The notes below the pieces were generated by a model. That model was not told where the DNA came from and did no database searches. It saw only the letters and a list, made by a program, of their open reading frames with translations. Both the position numbers and the translations under genes were made by a program. From Trichomonas gallinae (lineage: Eukaryota), in the NCBI GenBank assembly GCA_008369845.1, contig MRSU01006708.1, positions 1 to 32,283 of the forward strand: a stretch of 32,283 bases of DNA. Reading direction: 5' to 3'. The first letter of the stretch is position 1. Each line of letters begins with the position of its first letter. Below are positions 10,901 to 19,709 of this stretch, in pieces.

Positions 10901-11027
10901 TCCTTTTTACCAAAATCAGAATTACGACAATAGGCGCAATAGAAACACGGATCGTTTTGATAACCAACGTGAACAAAATCGCTTTGACAATCAGCCTTAT
11001 GGTTTTCAAGGCTATTATAATTATTAA
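7959..11027 (+). CDS. DUF3447 + ankyrin-repeat protein with a Q/N/F/M-rich repetitive C-terminal tail
   Basis: DUF3447-type motifs (LGSENCF, AYLGGNINIIQIC, AVLGHHNEI) precede about 16 ankyrin repeats (GNTPLHFA, GANINAQ, GETPLMAA). The first ATG is at 7959 and the stop overlaps TAAA. Confidence 0.92.
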   Translation: MTDIEENSNFLHRFSETLAGLEESNIEESKKMMDEFLKKFPKFSNYLERVLINNAIFKPTKLYSFMMLFDHVHQQTNSKLTSYVFRELKVLGDYIKKKYNLTLSNEKGEFREIDDLHDWFGKDSPLNFILHDDKESLTKAVNLSYTDRIQGADILNLSAVLGSENCFRTILAAKQSRTVTQIVMQYAYLGGNINIIQICSQNDLHVDQICLNNAVLGHHNEIVFNIMENHPELKPCWRDISLVMNTEIFKHMVDTYGIRFNDPLGGNILNSCFYLSAFNLHDVVLADSEININKANNTGNTPLHFACHDDDADFLEKLIKKGANINAQEINHYSPLIIAVGLNSVNCAKILVENKCYLEFVDENYMNALAIAVRYNEVEIVQWILSHDGNLAFRDGKNGWTLAHIAALGNSLDSLKFLLAYGAKVDEIDAKNATPLFYAAVSNYADITNFLLENGANPNHLNIFGETPLMAAVFKNSYESAKAIISKCKDAISTCSSQGHTALMIACSYGSFETAEVLLQGGCQVDFKDNEGCTALMHAAKCDKPEIAKLLLDYKANINMRDKCNKTALIYCSQFKAHKMAHFLLENNADINVVDQLNCNALMYACRFESLAIIKMLINRNVNVNLSSRDGFTALMYAAEFGTPEMVEALLNANAAINAQDNNGITALIKSIQNGKCRITQLLVDRGADIRIQDNMGLTPLLYCAQCDNAKDFQLLLSAGADINHEDINGFSILSYCAVHNSVEVAKLVLQQNFNINQRSRQGWTPMFMSASCDRPQMAELLMQHHADINIPDNSGCTPFVVAKMKNSSVAGIILKSLPPQQAQELDMYAFQRYVQHLFPQGFPNPSMFQQGFPNPNMFQQGFPNPNMFQQGFPNPNMFQQGFPNPNMFQQGFPNPNITPQDFQMQFQNMQMMFPGFQNMAQQFFQQMFPNQQPNTNQLQPTNMSNDRSMNSFDNQRDRNINDYDNQRNRNMDRFDNQYSNPFYQNQNYDNRRNRNTDRFDNQREQNRFDNQPYGFQGYYNY
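10471..10650 (+). repeat. Coding 30-bp tandem repeat x6 encoding (M)FQQGFPNPN
   Basis: Unit TGTTCCAACAAGG(A/T)TT(C/T)CCTAATCCAAACA at exact 30-bp period, with diverged first and last copies. Confidence 0.97.
10795..10995 (+). repeat. Degenerate coding ~33-bp repeat encoding RNRNxDRFDNQ-like units
   Basis: About six recurrences of (F/Y)DN(Q/R), mostly at 11-aa spacing. Confidence 0.8.
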
Positions 11028-11194
11028 ATTTAAAGTTTTATTTATTTGCGTTTTTCACATTTTTTTTTTAACAAAAAGCACATCAGGAAAGTGTTTGATC
11101 TAAAGCTTGCGACTTTAAAAATAATAGCAATTGTAGATTATTGGAATCCAAAGAGGAAAAAACTTAAATTTAAACAAAACTCTAAATAAAAACT

Positions 11195-12988
11195 TTATAA
11201 GAATTCAGATGTGCGCTCTTCGAATGCAGGAAGCATCTGCTTCTTCTCTACTGGTGTGTTGATGCTTTCTTGCAAGTCTCTTTCCTCGTGTAGCATCTCC
11301 TTGATTTCAGCGGGAGTTTTTTCGAGGCCGAAAGCAGTGGCCAAGTGTCCAAGGTGCAAATCTCTGGCTCTGAAGATTGTCCTCGTTGTCTTGTGGTGTG
11401 TAGTGTAAGCAGCGATGGATGATGCCCATGCTTGGCCAGCAGCCATTGTGAGATCGTTCTTCTGAACAGTTTCGAACGATTCCTTCCTCAATGCAGCCAT
11501 ACACAAATCGTAATCATCGCCCATCATTGCGTCAACGCCTTTTCTGACTAGTTCATCGTATTTGTAGTGCTTCAAGTTGACCTTCTTGTCTCTCAGCAAG
11601 TCTACGAATGCGAGCTCATTCTTCTGTAAGAACAAATAAGCTATGCCGTCTTTGCCGATTCTTGCTGTTCTGCCAACTCTGTGTACGTAGTCTTCTGTGT
11701 CAACTGGTGGATCATACTGGACAATCAATGTAACGCCAGGAATATCTAGGCCTCTTGCAGCGACATCTGTGCAAAACAGGACGCCGCTCTTGACTGACGT
11801 GAACTTGGAAATCGTCTTAGAACGCTCAATGTGCTCGACAAAGCCGTGAATTCTGAAGACGGGAACATTCAAGAAAGGGCTGAAGCCGCCAACTTCATCG
11901 TTATCTGTGCTTGCGTGTTTATCCATGATTGTCGGTTTGTTCTCTGTCTTCTCTTCCTGTTTCTCTGACTCGTTCAGCGGTCCTTTGTAGTTTCTCTGCG
12001 GAATTCTGCGATGCGCTCTTTCACCTGGTGTCATGAAGTTAAAGAATGAGAAGAAAGATGCGTGGAAGTCCACACTCTTGCAGCAGCTGAGGAAAACAAC
12101 TGCCTTTGTCTCTGGTTCTTCGACGAAATATCTCTTTAATAATGTTGCAAGGGCAGCGAGGCGCCATTTTGCATCAACTGTAACAAAGCGTTGAAGTAGT
12201 GTCATTGGGATAGAGAATTCTTCGTCTTTCATCGTTCCAACATTAACTGGATTATATAACGCGATATTTGCAAGTGTATCGAGTGTTTTTGGAAGTGTAG
12301 CGGAAACTAATATTGTCTGGTGTGCTGGCTTATCATCTGTTTTTCCTTGTCTTTCGTTAATGATTGAAATAATCTGTTCGAGTCTTTTTCCGTGTCCAGC
12401 ATCGAGCAATCTGTCTGCCTCATCTAGGACAAGGAACTTTAAGTTATCAACAATAAGATTTTGAGAATTTTCAAGGTGATAAAGCAGTCTTCCTGGAGTT
12501 CCAATCAAAAGATTCACGCCTTTTCTTAAAATCGCTTTTTCTTTGGCGGTCTTTGAGCCACCTGTTACAGTGCCCGAAACTACGTAGTTCATCTGTTTGC
12601 GAAGGTTTTGGACGACTGTATCAATTTGTTGACAAAGTTCGTGTGTTGGAGCAACAATAAGAGCGAGGCATCCTTTCTCACGTGTGATTGGATCTTTATC
12701 ACGCGGAAAATCGACAGAAAGTCTGTGCATAATTGGAAGGAGATATGCTAAAGTCTTTCCTGAGCCTGTATCTGCTCTCATCAAGACATCTGAACCGGAA
12801 ATAATCGGTGGAATAGAATCAGATTGGATTTTTGTGTATTTATCAATATTCATTTTCTTGAGAGCGTTAATTAAACGTGGATTGAGTTCAAAATCGTCAA
12901 GACCAGACTCAGAATAGAGGCCTTCAGTGATATCTTCGGCAGTGATCACTGGAGCTGCCTGCTGTTCTTTATTTTCTTCCTCATTCAT
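11195..12988 (-). CDS. DBP7: DEAD-box RNA helicase, DBP7/DDX31 subfamily (60S biogenesis)
   Basis: Motifs: Q motif, ADTGSGKT, PTHEL, TPGRL, DEAD, SAT, TDVAARGLD, HRVGRTAR, plus the DBP7-type tail YTTH...LHLGHLATAFGL. The first ATG is at 12988; the track starts at a GTG. Confidence 0.92.
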   Translation of the reverse strand: MNEEENKEQQAAPVITAEDITEGLYSESGLDDFELNPRLINALKKMNIDKYTKIQSDSIPPIISGSDVLMRADTGSGKTLAYLLPIMHRLSVDFPRDKDPITREKGCLALIVAPTHELCQQIDTVVQNLRKQMNYVVSGTVTGGSKTAKEKAILRKGVNLLIGTPGRLLYHLENSQNLIVDNLKFLVLDEADRLLDAGHGKRLEQIISIINERQGKTDDKPAHQTILVSATLPKTLDTLANIALYNPVNVGTMKDEEFSIPMTLLQRFVTVDAKWRLAALATLLKRYFVEEPETKAVVFLSCCKSVDFHASFFSFFNFMTPGERAHRRIPQRNYKGPLNESEKQEEKTENKPTIMDKHASTDNDEVGGFSPFLNVPVFRIHGFVEHIERSKTISKFTSVKSGVLFCTDVAARGLDIPGVTLIVQYDPPVDTEDYVHRVGRTARIGKDGIAYLFLQKNELAFVDLLRDKKVNLKHYKYDELVRKGVDAMMGDDYDLCMAALRKESFETVQKNDLTMAAGQAWASSIAAYTTHHKTTRTIFRARDLHLGHLATAFGLEKTPAEIKEMLHEERDLQESINTPVEKKQMLPAFEERTSEFL

Positions 12989-13006
12989 AATCTTTTTTGT
13001 CTTGTA

Positions 13007-13200
13007 TGTCACTTTTATAAATTTTTGTCAATTTGATAATATTTGTCGTGTAAAAATTTATATGTCAATTTCTTAATTTTGACATGTAATTTAATTATTT
13101 GGCAATCTTATAGTATTTGTCATGTAAAATATATATATGACGGTTTTCGTATTTTTGACATGTAATAATGATATTTGGCATGTAATATTGTTAGATGTCA
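13007..13200. repeat. Degenerate ~19-bp periodic array (11 TG[T/A/G]C[A/G] cores) with a ~75-bp higher-order duplication, upstream of DBP7
   Basis: Cores start at 13007, 13026, 13044, 13063, 13080, 13100, 13118, 13138, 13156, 13176 and 13196. The block 13039-13104 aligns with 13113-13180. Confidence 0.75.
13008..13016 (-). promoter_or_regulatory. AAAAGTGAC motif 19 nt before the DBP7 ATG
   Basis: The identical 9-mer precedes three minus-strand start codons in this window. Confidence 0.6.
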
Positions 13201-13453
13201 AATTTGTTTATTTATCAATCAGCAACAATTTCTCTGGAATATTGAGGTTCAAATCTTAAGAATGAAGCTGTTGGTTGTCTGATATGTTTGAACGTTGAAG
13301 CCACAGCAATAATGTTTTGTTCGCAATGCCATTTCAATGCTATAGTTATTTTTATTTAATGATTGTAAATTTAATATCCACAAGCCTCCTATTCTTTGTA
13401 TTCAAGTTCAAACTCACGGAAATATAAAAAATCAAGATACGTTTTCCCAATAG
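13195..13453 (+). pseudogene. Possible B-box-like zinc-finger relic, divergent from DBP7
   Basis: ATG at 13195 and an in-frame TGA at 13243, then CLIC-x10-CSQCH. After a frameshift near 13355 the sequence reads NDCKFNIH. Confidence 0.3.
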
Positions 13454-13745
13454 AATTCATATTAGAGCATATTACACATTGCATATGAGCTAATTACCTC
13501 TCAAATAGGCATTGTTTGTTTAGTTTTTAGTTATGTAGCAATAATTGATTGGAAAATTAATCAATTTCCTAAACTTATAATTTTAATGGTAGGACTATCA
13601 TATTCTACTGCTAATCTATTGATAGGAACAAGCATTCAAGTAAAAAATTTTGAGTCGTAAATATGAAATTTGTTTTTTGGCCGATTAAGGTAAGAATAAT
13701 GTGAAGTTAAACAATGTTTGAAATGCGTTTTATTAATATACTATC

Positions 13746-14519
13746 TTAGTTCTTCTTGACCTTCAAGGATGCATTAGCCTGGGATCTGCAAGCAAGGTAA
13801 GCTGTGATAACTGTGATGAAGGACTCAGCAATTGAGAAGAAGCACCAAATGGCAGAGCGTTCACCATCAGTAACATCACCCTTGAAGAGGAATGAGATGA
13901 ATGGGCCTGTAAGGAAGAGAATGATAGCCTGGATTCTTAAGCCCATAACGAATGGAGCAACGAACATGAAGAGGAAGTGGCCAGCAACGTTCGGGAACAA
14001 GTATGATGACTTAAGGAGCTTGAATTCCCATTTGATGTGGTAAAGACCGTTTGTTGAGCATGTCTTTTCGCCGCAAATTCCTTCTGCACCATTGCATGGC
14101 TTGAAAACGAATGATTCTGGAGCATCATAGAGTGCTGGGATGAGGAGACGTGCGGCCATGAGTAAGCCAGTAACGAAACCGAATTTAAAGATAAATTGCC
14201 AGATGCCATCGCGCTTCTTTTGGAAGTTCTGGAAGTCGAGAGCGGAGAAAGCGATGTTAGAGAAGAGCGGCTGCCAGCAGATATGAATGTAGCCGAGAGC
14301 TGTGAGAACAATGTTGAACATTGATGAGCAATCATTGATAACAAGATATTGGAAGTACTGAAGGCCTTCCATTGAAGCGAAATAGAAGAAGCAATAAGCA
14401 ACTCTCAAGCGCTGCCACTTCTCGAGGTTCTTCCAAAGGCCCTTGCCTGTCAAAACCCAAATGGCAATAGCGCAGCTTGTTAATGTGAATCCAAGGGACC
14501 ACTCCTTGTTGAAGCACAT
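13746..14519 (-). CDS. Multi-pass membrane protein, DUF5765-like
   Basis: It starts MCF...S and carries MEGLQYFQY...C...N...T.LGYIHICWQP and E..AIWCFFS, with about 7 hydrophobic segments. Tandem Inr TCACATCACTT lies just upstream of ATG 14519. Confidence 0.75.
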   Translation of the reverse strand: MCFNKEWSLGFTLTSCAIAIWVLTGKGLWKNLEKWQRLRVAYCFFYFASMEGLQYFQYLVINDCSSMFNIVLTALGYIHICWQPLFSNIAFSALDFQNFQKKRDGIWQFIFKFGFVTGLLMAARLLIPALYDAPESFVFKPCNGAEGICGEKTCSTNGLYHIKWEFKLLKSSYLFPNVAGHFLFMFVAPFVMGLRIQAIILFLTGPFISFLFKGDVTDGERSAIWCFFSIAESFITVITAYLACRSQANASLKVKKN

Positions 14520-15329
14520 TGTTTGATTAAAAAGTGATGTGAAATTCATAATTTCCAATTTTGCTCTAAACACTGCATAACATCAAGCCAGCCTTCTTTA
14601 TTATCCAAACTGCGTCGCAGGCAGAAGAACCTTATTTTTAATCGTATTCAATAAAATCTGATTGCAAAAAGATGAAATATTATTAGGTTAACTGCTTTAG
14701 CTCATAAAAAATATGTTAACGAATTTGATTAGGCATTCAAAAATGAAATGATTTTCGGTTTTGTCACTATTCAAATCTAATTTGTGATTTATTGCAATAG
14801 ACGTATTATTAATCATATTTTATGATAGTTTACGAACAAATTCTGAAATTTGTGTGAAAACAATGCATTCAAAAAGCTGTCTTAACGTATTTACAAATAT
14901 AATCCCTCCGATCATGTATATTTATTGCATTTTATCATTACTACCAATTTTTTTATCAAGACCATTTGATAGAGTTCAATAAAAATAATTCTAAAAAATT
15001 ACTTGTCAACAATTTCATAATAACGTAATTACCATGGAAGTTATATTTTGTCTCAATTTTAAATTAAATCCGATGAAAAAGGATAAATCTTATAAAACAT
15101 TACAAAATGATGAACCATATTCGAAATGTTGACTTATATATAAAAGGTTTTGTAAACTTATCATTTTCATTTGTCTTTTGTTTTTTATGATAAAGCACCG
15201 GTATCGGTGGGTTATAATTTCTTCACGTGTTTATGCAGACTAGCATTAATATATTTTCCGATTATGAAAATAAAGAATCGCTATTCAAAAATTGAAATTC
15301 ATTTTGATCGCTGATAGACTATTTTTATT

Positions 15330-15600
15330 ATAAAGTGTTCATATTTGCACATAGTATTGACCATAGATTGTGTTTTGCATCCGATTAATCATTTTTTCAT
15401 CTTTTTTCCAAAGTTCAATGGTATATTTTGTGACTCAAATGCAATGTGCATAAAACACATCGTATTCATCCTCTATGCACGCACCAAAAGTGAATCAATT
15501 GGCCTCTTTATCAATACCAAAATCAATCAATTTTGAGATCAATCATAATATCTTTGTTTAATAATGTTTTTGAAGGGTGTATGATGTGTTTATTTCAAAT
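15330..15600 (-). pseudogene. Eroded ankyrin-repeat relic
   Basis: Minus-strand fragments HTPFKNIIKQRYYD / ISKLIDFGIDKEAN, FTFGACIEDEY and FMHIAFESQNI, interrupted by stops and frameshifts. Confidence 0.35.
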
Positions 15601-15865
15601 TATCTTACAGCAAGCTATAATATTTATATTTGAATAGAGTATAGATATATTATTTTGTCACAATCAATAAAACGTCATTTATTGATAGGATCTTCATCCA
15701 ACTATCTATGGTTAAGTTATCTATATACTTTTACAATGAAAAATAATAACAAAATTAATAATATGTAAAAATACTGCGTTTGATGTAAGGATAGTATAAT
15801 ATAACTCTATTTTATGTAAAGATACAAACAAAAATATAATTATAAAGAAATAATTAAATTTTTCC

Positions 15866-17026
15866 TTATAATTTGATTTTTTCTTTGTGGATATGCTCTT
15901 CGTTATTGCCATCTTCTTCCTCATAAGAATCAATATCAGCAGCAATACCAAATACAGGTCTATCTGAATTATTAAGATCAATATCATCATTTGATGATAT
16001 TTCGTAATCTTTGGCATTTGGAAATACGTTATTTTGACTAGAAACAAGAGGTTTTGTAGAACCTTCTGTTGTATCAGATTGTTTTCGTCTTTCTTGAGTA
16101 AAACCAATAAGCGAATACCAACTAGATCCAATAGTTGTAATGATGATGCCCATTATGTTAGCTAGTGTCAATCTTTTGTCGAATAACATAACAGAAATAA
16201 TAATTGTCGTAATTTGCTTTACACATCCGGCAATAGTTACCGTAAGTGGAGATGTGTATTGTGTGGCAAGGAAATTCGTTAAATTCAGGAAGTAAGCCAT
16301 GATTCCACTTATTACTGAGAAAAATACGCAAGTAAAAGATGCATTGTACTTTGATTTCGGAGAGAATATCTTCTGTGGCTCTCCATCGAAAAACGCTAAA
16401 GCAAACATCTCAATAGCTGAAAATGGAGAAATTCTTGCAAGCAAATCTGCGGACTTTAAAGTGTATTGGCCTGATAGGACCATCTTGATAGAGATGGATT
16501 TAGCAGAGCTTAAGAGACAGCCGATGATTGTAATTAAAAATCCTCGCCAACTTAAATTTAACTCGCCAAGACAGCTTAAAGCGACTCCAACGGAAATAAT
16601 TACGCAAGATATAATATGTTGCATTCCGTATTTCTGTTTCAAAAAGAAATGAGAAAAAATCATTGTGATAATTGGGATTATTGCACGAACTACTTGTGTG
16701 AACGCGACTGAGCAATAGTTAAGAGACATATTTCCTGTTACTATATTCATTGTAAATAAAAGTGATAAGAGAACTATTCTGTACATTACTGTTCTCTCAA
16801 ATTGGTCAATAGAAAGGCCATTTTTAACGGCTATTTTTTCATTGTCTTTGGTTGAAAACATGCTTTCAACAAAAGAGAAAAATGTTGATATTGATTGATG
16901 CATGAAACTCATCAATATCGGATATTTGAATCCAACTTTGGCTAAAATTCCTTTGTTTAGTAATGTTAGACCTACATTTAAAACAAACCAAACCGAAAGC
17001 CAAAGAGAACCAAGTCCAAAAGCCAT
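15866..17026 (-). CDS. Triose-phosphate/nucleotide-sugar transporter family (TPT/SLC35E-like)
   Basis: Motifs NVGLTLLNK, FKYPI..S.MH, NMSLNYCSVAFTQVVRA..P and TSPLTVTIAG.VK, about 10 TM segments and an acidic tail. The likely ATG is at 17026, with Inr TCATTT at 17069-17064. Confidence 0.9.
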   Translation of the reverse strand: MAFGLGSLWLSVWFVLNVGLTLLNKGILAKVGFKYPILMSFMHQSISTFFSFVESMFSTKDNEKIAVKNGLSIDQFERTVMYRIVLLSLLFTMNIVTGNMSLNYCSVAFTQVVRAIIPIITMIFSHFFLKQKYGMQHIISCVIISVGVALSCLGELNLSWRGFLITIIGCLLSSAKSISIKMVLSGQYTLKSADLLARISPFSAIEMFALAFFDGEPQKIFSPKSKYNASFTCVFFSVISGIMAYFLNLTNFLATQYTSPLTVTIAGCVKQITTIIISVMLFDKRLTLANIMGIIITTIGSSWYSLIGFTQERRKQSDTTEGSTKPLVSSQNNVFPNAKDYEISSNDDIDLNNSDRPVFGIAADIDSYEEEDGNNEEHIHKEKIKL

Positions 17027-17221
17027 AACGATATTTTTTCTGACATCTGACACTTTACAAAAAAAATGATCGTTACGTAACTTTCTAAAAAATATAATTC
17101 GAATAATTTTTATTTCTATAAAAGAATAGTATATATCATACAAAAAGAAGCTTGAGAAATTGCTAAAGCAGTTAATGTTAAAACTGAATTTTATAAATAA
17201 ATTATGCATGAACTAAATATG

Positions 17222-17309
17222 ATGATTGATGATGATCTACAAAATGTAAATACCATGCTTGTGATTGTTTTCAAGTCGAACTTCAATGATTTACAAGCCT
17301 GATAATTAT
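17222..17309 (+). ncRNA. Candidate box C/D snoRNA
   Basis: Box C ATGATGA at 17229-17235 and box D CTGA at 17299-17302. A 7-bp terminal stem (17222-17228 with 17303-17309) includes two G-U pairs, and there is an internal hairpin at 17257-17298. No target was identified. Confidence 0.3.
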
Positions 17310-17438
17310 AATTTTCGCGCAAATTTATATGTCTCTGCAACACTCTTCATAATGTCAACTGTATATATAAGCTTAACGCTTAATACCAAATGAAGTAGAA
17401 TTCTAGACTTGAAATTATTTCCATTTGAGACATGTAAT

Positions 17439-18923
17439 TTATTCTTCAAAAGTTTCCATTGAAAGTCTCAATGCTATTTGAAGTTCAAGTGCGTCTATAG
17501 TTTCTGTGTGATGTCTGTCTTCAGCTAAACTTAATGCAGTTTGTCCATGTTTATTTTTTGCATTATAATCCGCGCCAAGTTCCATCAATAGGACAACGCA
17601 ATCAGTACTATTATTCATGGCAGCAGCCATCAATGCTGTACATCCTTCTCGAGTTTTTGCTTCTATTTTTGCTCCTAAATCAACTAATACTGAGATAGCT
17701 TCAGAACGATTATTTATTGCAGCATATATTAGTGGTGTTTGTCCAAAAGAGTCAGTGTCATCAATCTTGAGACCTAGTTTAACAAGTTTTCGAATAAAAT
17801 TGACATGTCCATCTCTGCTAGCCCACATCAATAGTGATACATCACCATTTTCTTTGAAATTAACATCTGCTCCATTTTCCAGCAACAAGTCAAAAATTTT
17901 TTCGTGTGCAAAATATACTGCAAAAAATAATGCATTCCTATATCCATCGTTTTCGTTAGCGTTCGCACCCAATTTTATTAGGGTTGATAATGTTTCAATA
18001 AAATTACAATTAGTTGCCCACATTAAAGCTGTCCTTCCGATAACTTTATGCTTAGCGTCGACATCCACATATTTAAATAAATATTCTACCATTTCTGGAA
18101 TCCCAAAAAACGCGCAATTGTTGAAAATTTCATTTGGTTTGTTTGATAAAGATGTAACAATAAGAAACTCTTTAATATTCATAGATCTGCACGTTTTTTC
18201 TAAATTACTTAGATTTTGCATATATTCAGAATGCAACTCCAATAAAATTTCTAAGTTGTTGATTTGCAATAATTTGTCGTTCTGATGAATGTATATATCG
18301 GAATTTGTGCTGCATTCCTTAATTATTTCAGTGTTCGTGCCAATGAAGCTCGATGAGATGCATTCTTTGGTAATTTCGACATTGAGATTTCTCAAAAATC
18401 TAAAAATTTTAACTGAGCCGTAGAAGCAGCACCAATCTATTAAGCTTCTGTTTTCAAAAACCCCTTTGTAAGAATGCTCATCGAAAATATCGACGCATTC
18501 GAGGAATCCTTCAATGTTATCATGAAGAATATGGTGCATTACCGTATTTGGCTCATAAACATTTAATAGATCTTCTATTGTCATGTTGTCATAATTTTTT
18601 AAATGATCTGGAAAATTATCAAACAAACGGTAATTCACTTTTAACTTGTACTCTTTGGAATATAATATGCCAATATGACTCTTAAGATGATACAAATGTG
18701 GCTTGATGTTGAAATGATTGAAAAATATCTTGAATAACTCCCAGTATTCAGGAAGTAACATGAGTTTACACTCTGCAGCATTCGATATAAGAATCAAAAC
18801 TGCGCAAACATCCCATTTTACTGCTGTGCAAAATTTGATTAAATCTTCAGCGAGGCCCTGGGCTTCTCCCTCACGAAGGTTGTATATTCTGTCATAAAAC
18901 TCTAAATATTTTTGTAATGCCAT
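17439..18923 (-). CDS. DUF3447 + ankyrin-repeat protein
   Basis: LIDWCCFYGSVKIFRFL and SFIGTNTEII (DUF3447-type), then about 6 ankyrin repeats (GRTALMWA, GQTPLIYAA). The likely ATG is at 18923. Confidence 0.92.
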   Translation of the reverse strand: MALQKYLEFYDRIYNLREGEAQGLAEDLIKFCTAVKWDVCAVLILISNAAECKLMLLPEYWELFKIFFNHFNIKPHLYHLKSHIGILYSKEYKLKVNYRLFDNFPDHLKNYDNMTIEDLLNVYEPNTVMHHILHDNIEGFLECVDIFDEHSYKGVFENRSLIDWCCFYGSVKIFRFLRNLNVEITKECISSSFIGTNTEIIKECSTNSDIYIHQNDKLLQINNLEILLELHSEYMQNLSNLEKTCRSMNIKEFLIVTSLSNKPNEIFNNCAFFGIPEMVEYLFKYVDVDAKHKVIGRTALMWATNCNFIETLSTLIKLGANANENDGYRNALFFAVYFAHEKIFDLLLENGADVNFKENGDVSLLMWASRDGHVNFIRKLVKLGLKIDDTDSFGQTPLIYAAINNRSEAISVLVDLGAKIEAKTREGCTALMAAAMNNSTDCVVLLMELGADYNAKNKHGQTALSLAEDRHHTETIDALELQIALRLSMETFEE

Positions 18924-19158
18924 ATAAAAATTCCAAATTCTGAATTTAATCAGCATTAACCAGAACAATAAAAAATTTACCAACAATTTTATCGTTTCAT
19001 TCTCAAAAAAAAAGCCGTCGTTGAAATATTGTTCGTGATATTAAGCTATATTGCTGTATTATTAGACATGTACAGTAAACTCGTCGAGGAGAAACTTAAA
19101 GAATCAGACGGAGAAGATGTTTTTTTTCTTTCATTCCTTCAGCAAAAAAGCACTCTCA

Positions 19159-19709
19159 CTAGTCACAGACAAATAATATATCACCCTTGATTTCTGCGTT
19201 GATGTATGGCGAATGAATAGTCTTGATTACTCTGTAGCAAAACTTGTCATTTAGTCGTATCTCGTCTTCTTTACATATCTTGTGGATGACGCGTGCATAT
19301 TCGTCCTCGTTCGTTAGTTTGAAGTCTTGATCTTCCTCGATCTCTTCGATCATTGTGACTCCATATTTAGAAACAAATTTTGGGATGCGATCTGACAAAA
19401 TGTGGAAGTTTTGCGCGATGTAATTGACAACTTTCTTTTTCGGCGGCTCGCCGAACTTATATGCACATGAAATATAGTGGTCAACATCTTCTTCTTTGAT
19501 ATCGCGCGACGACAATATATTGAAGTACGAATTCATCATGTCTGACCGAGACAATTCATGCCCGATGTTGAACAAATCTTCACAAACACACTCTGGCAGT
19601 TCACCTTCACCTTTCCATTCTCAATCACTTTCTTCATAATTGTAACAGTTTTTCTATTTTTGATATCATATTCTATCTTATATGATTCTTTCTTCTCTGC
19701 ATTTTCCAG
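19159..19709 (-). pseudogene. Frameshifted relic of a trichomonad BTB/BACK-like (F5/8-type family N-terminus) gene
   Basis: The upstream frame ESYKIEYDIKNRKTV...ENGKV shifts at ~19600-19615 into GELPECVCEDLFNIG...NYIAQNF...FKLTNEDE. There are upstream stops and no usable start. Confidence 0.55.

Noticed and set aside
10427..11103. Repetitive antisense and alternative-frame ORFs; CRISPR-like look of the 30-bp repeat
   Set aside because: By-products of a contiguous coding tandem repeat; there are no spacers or cas genes.
17027..17209. 61-codon upstream extension of the transporter ORF, and similar extensions on other ORFs
   Set aside because: These are AT-rich F/I/N/K-biased non-coding sequence; initiators point to the downstream ATG.
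17617..18285. 222-aa plus-strand ORF
   Set aside because: Antisense shadow of ankyrin repeats.
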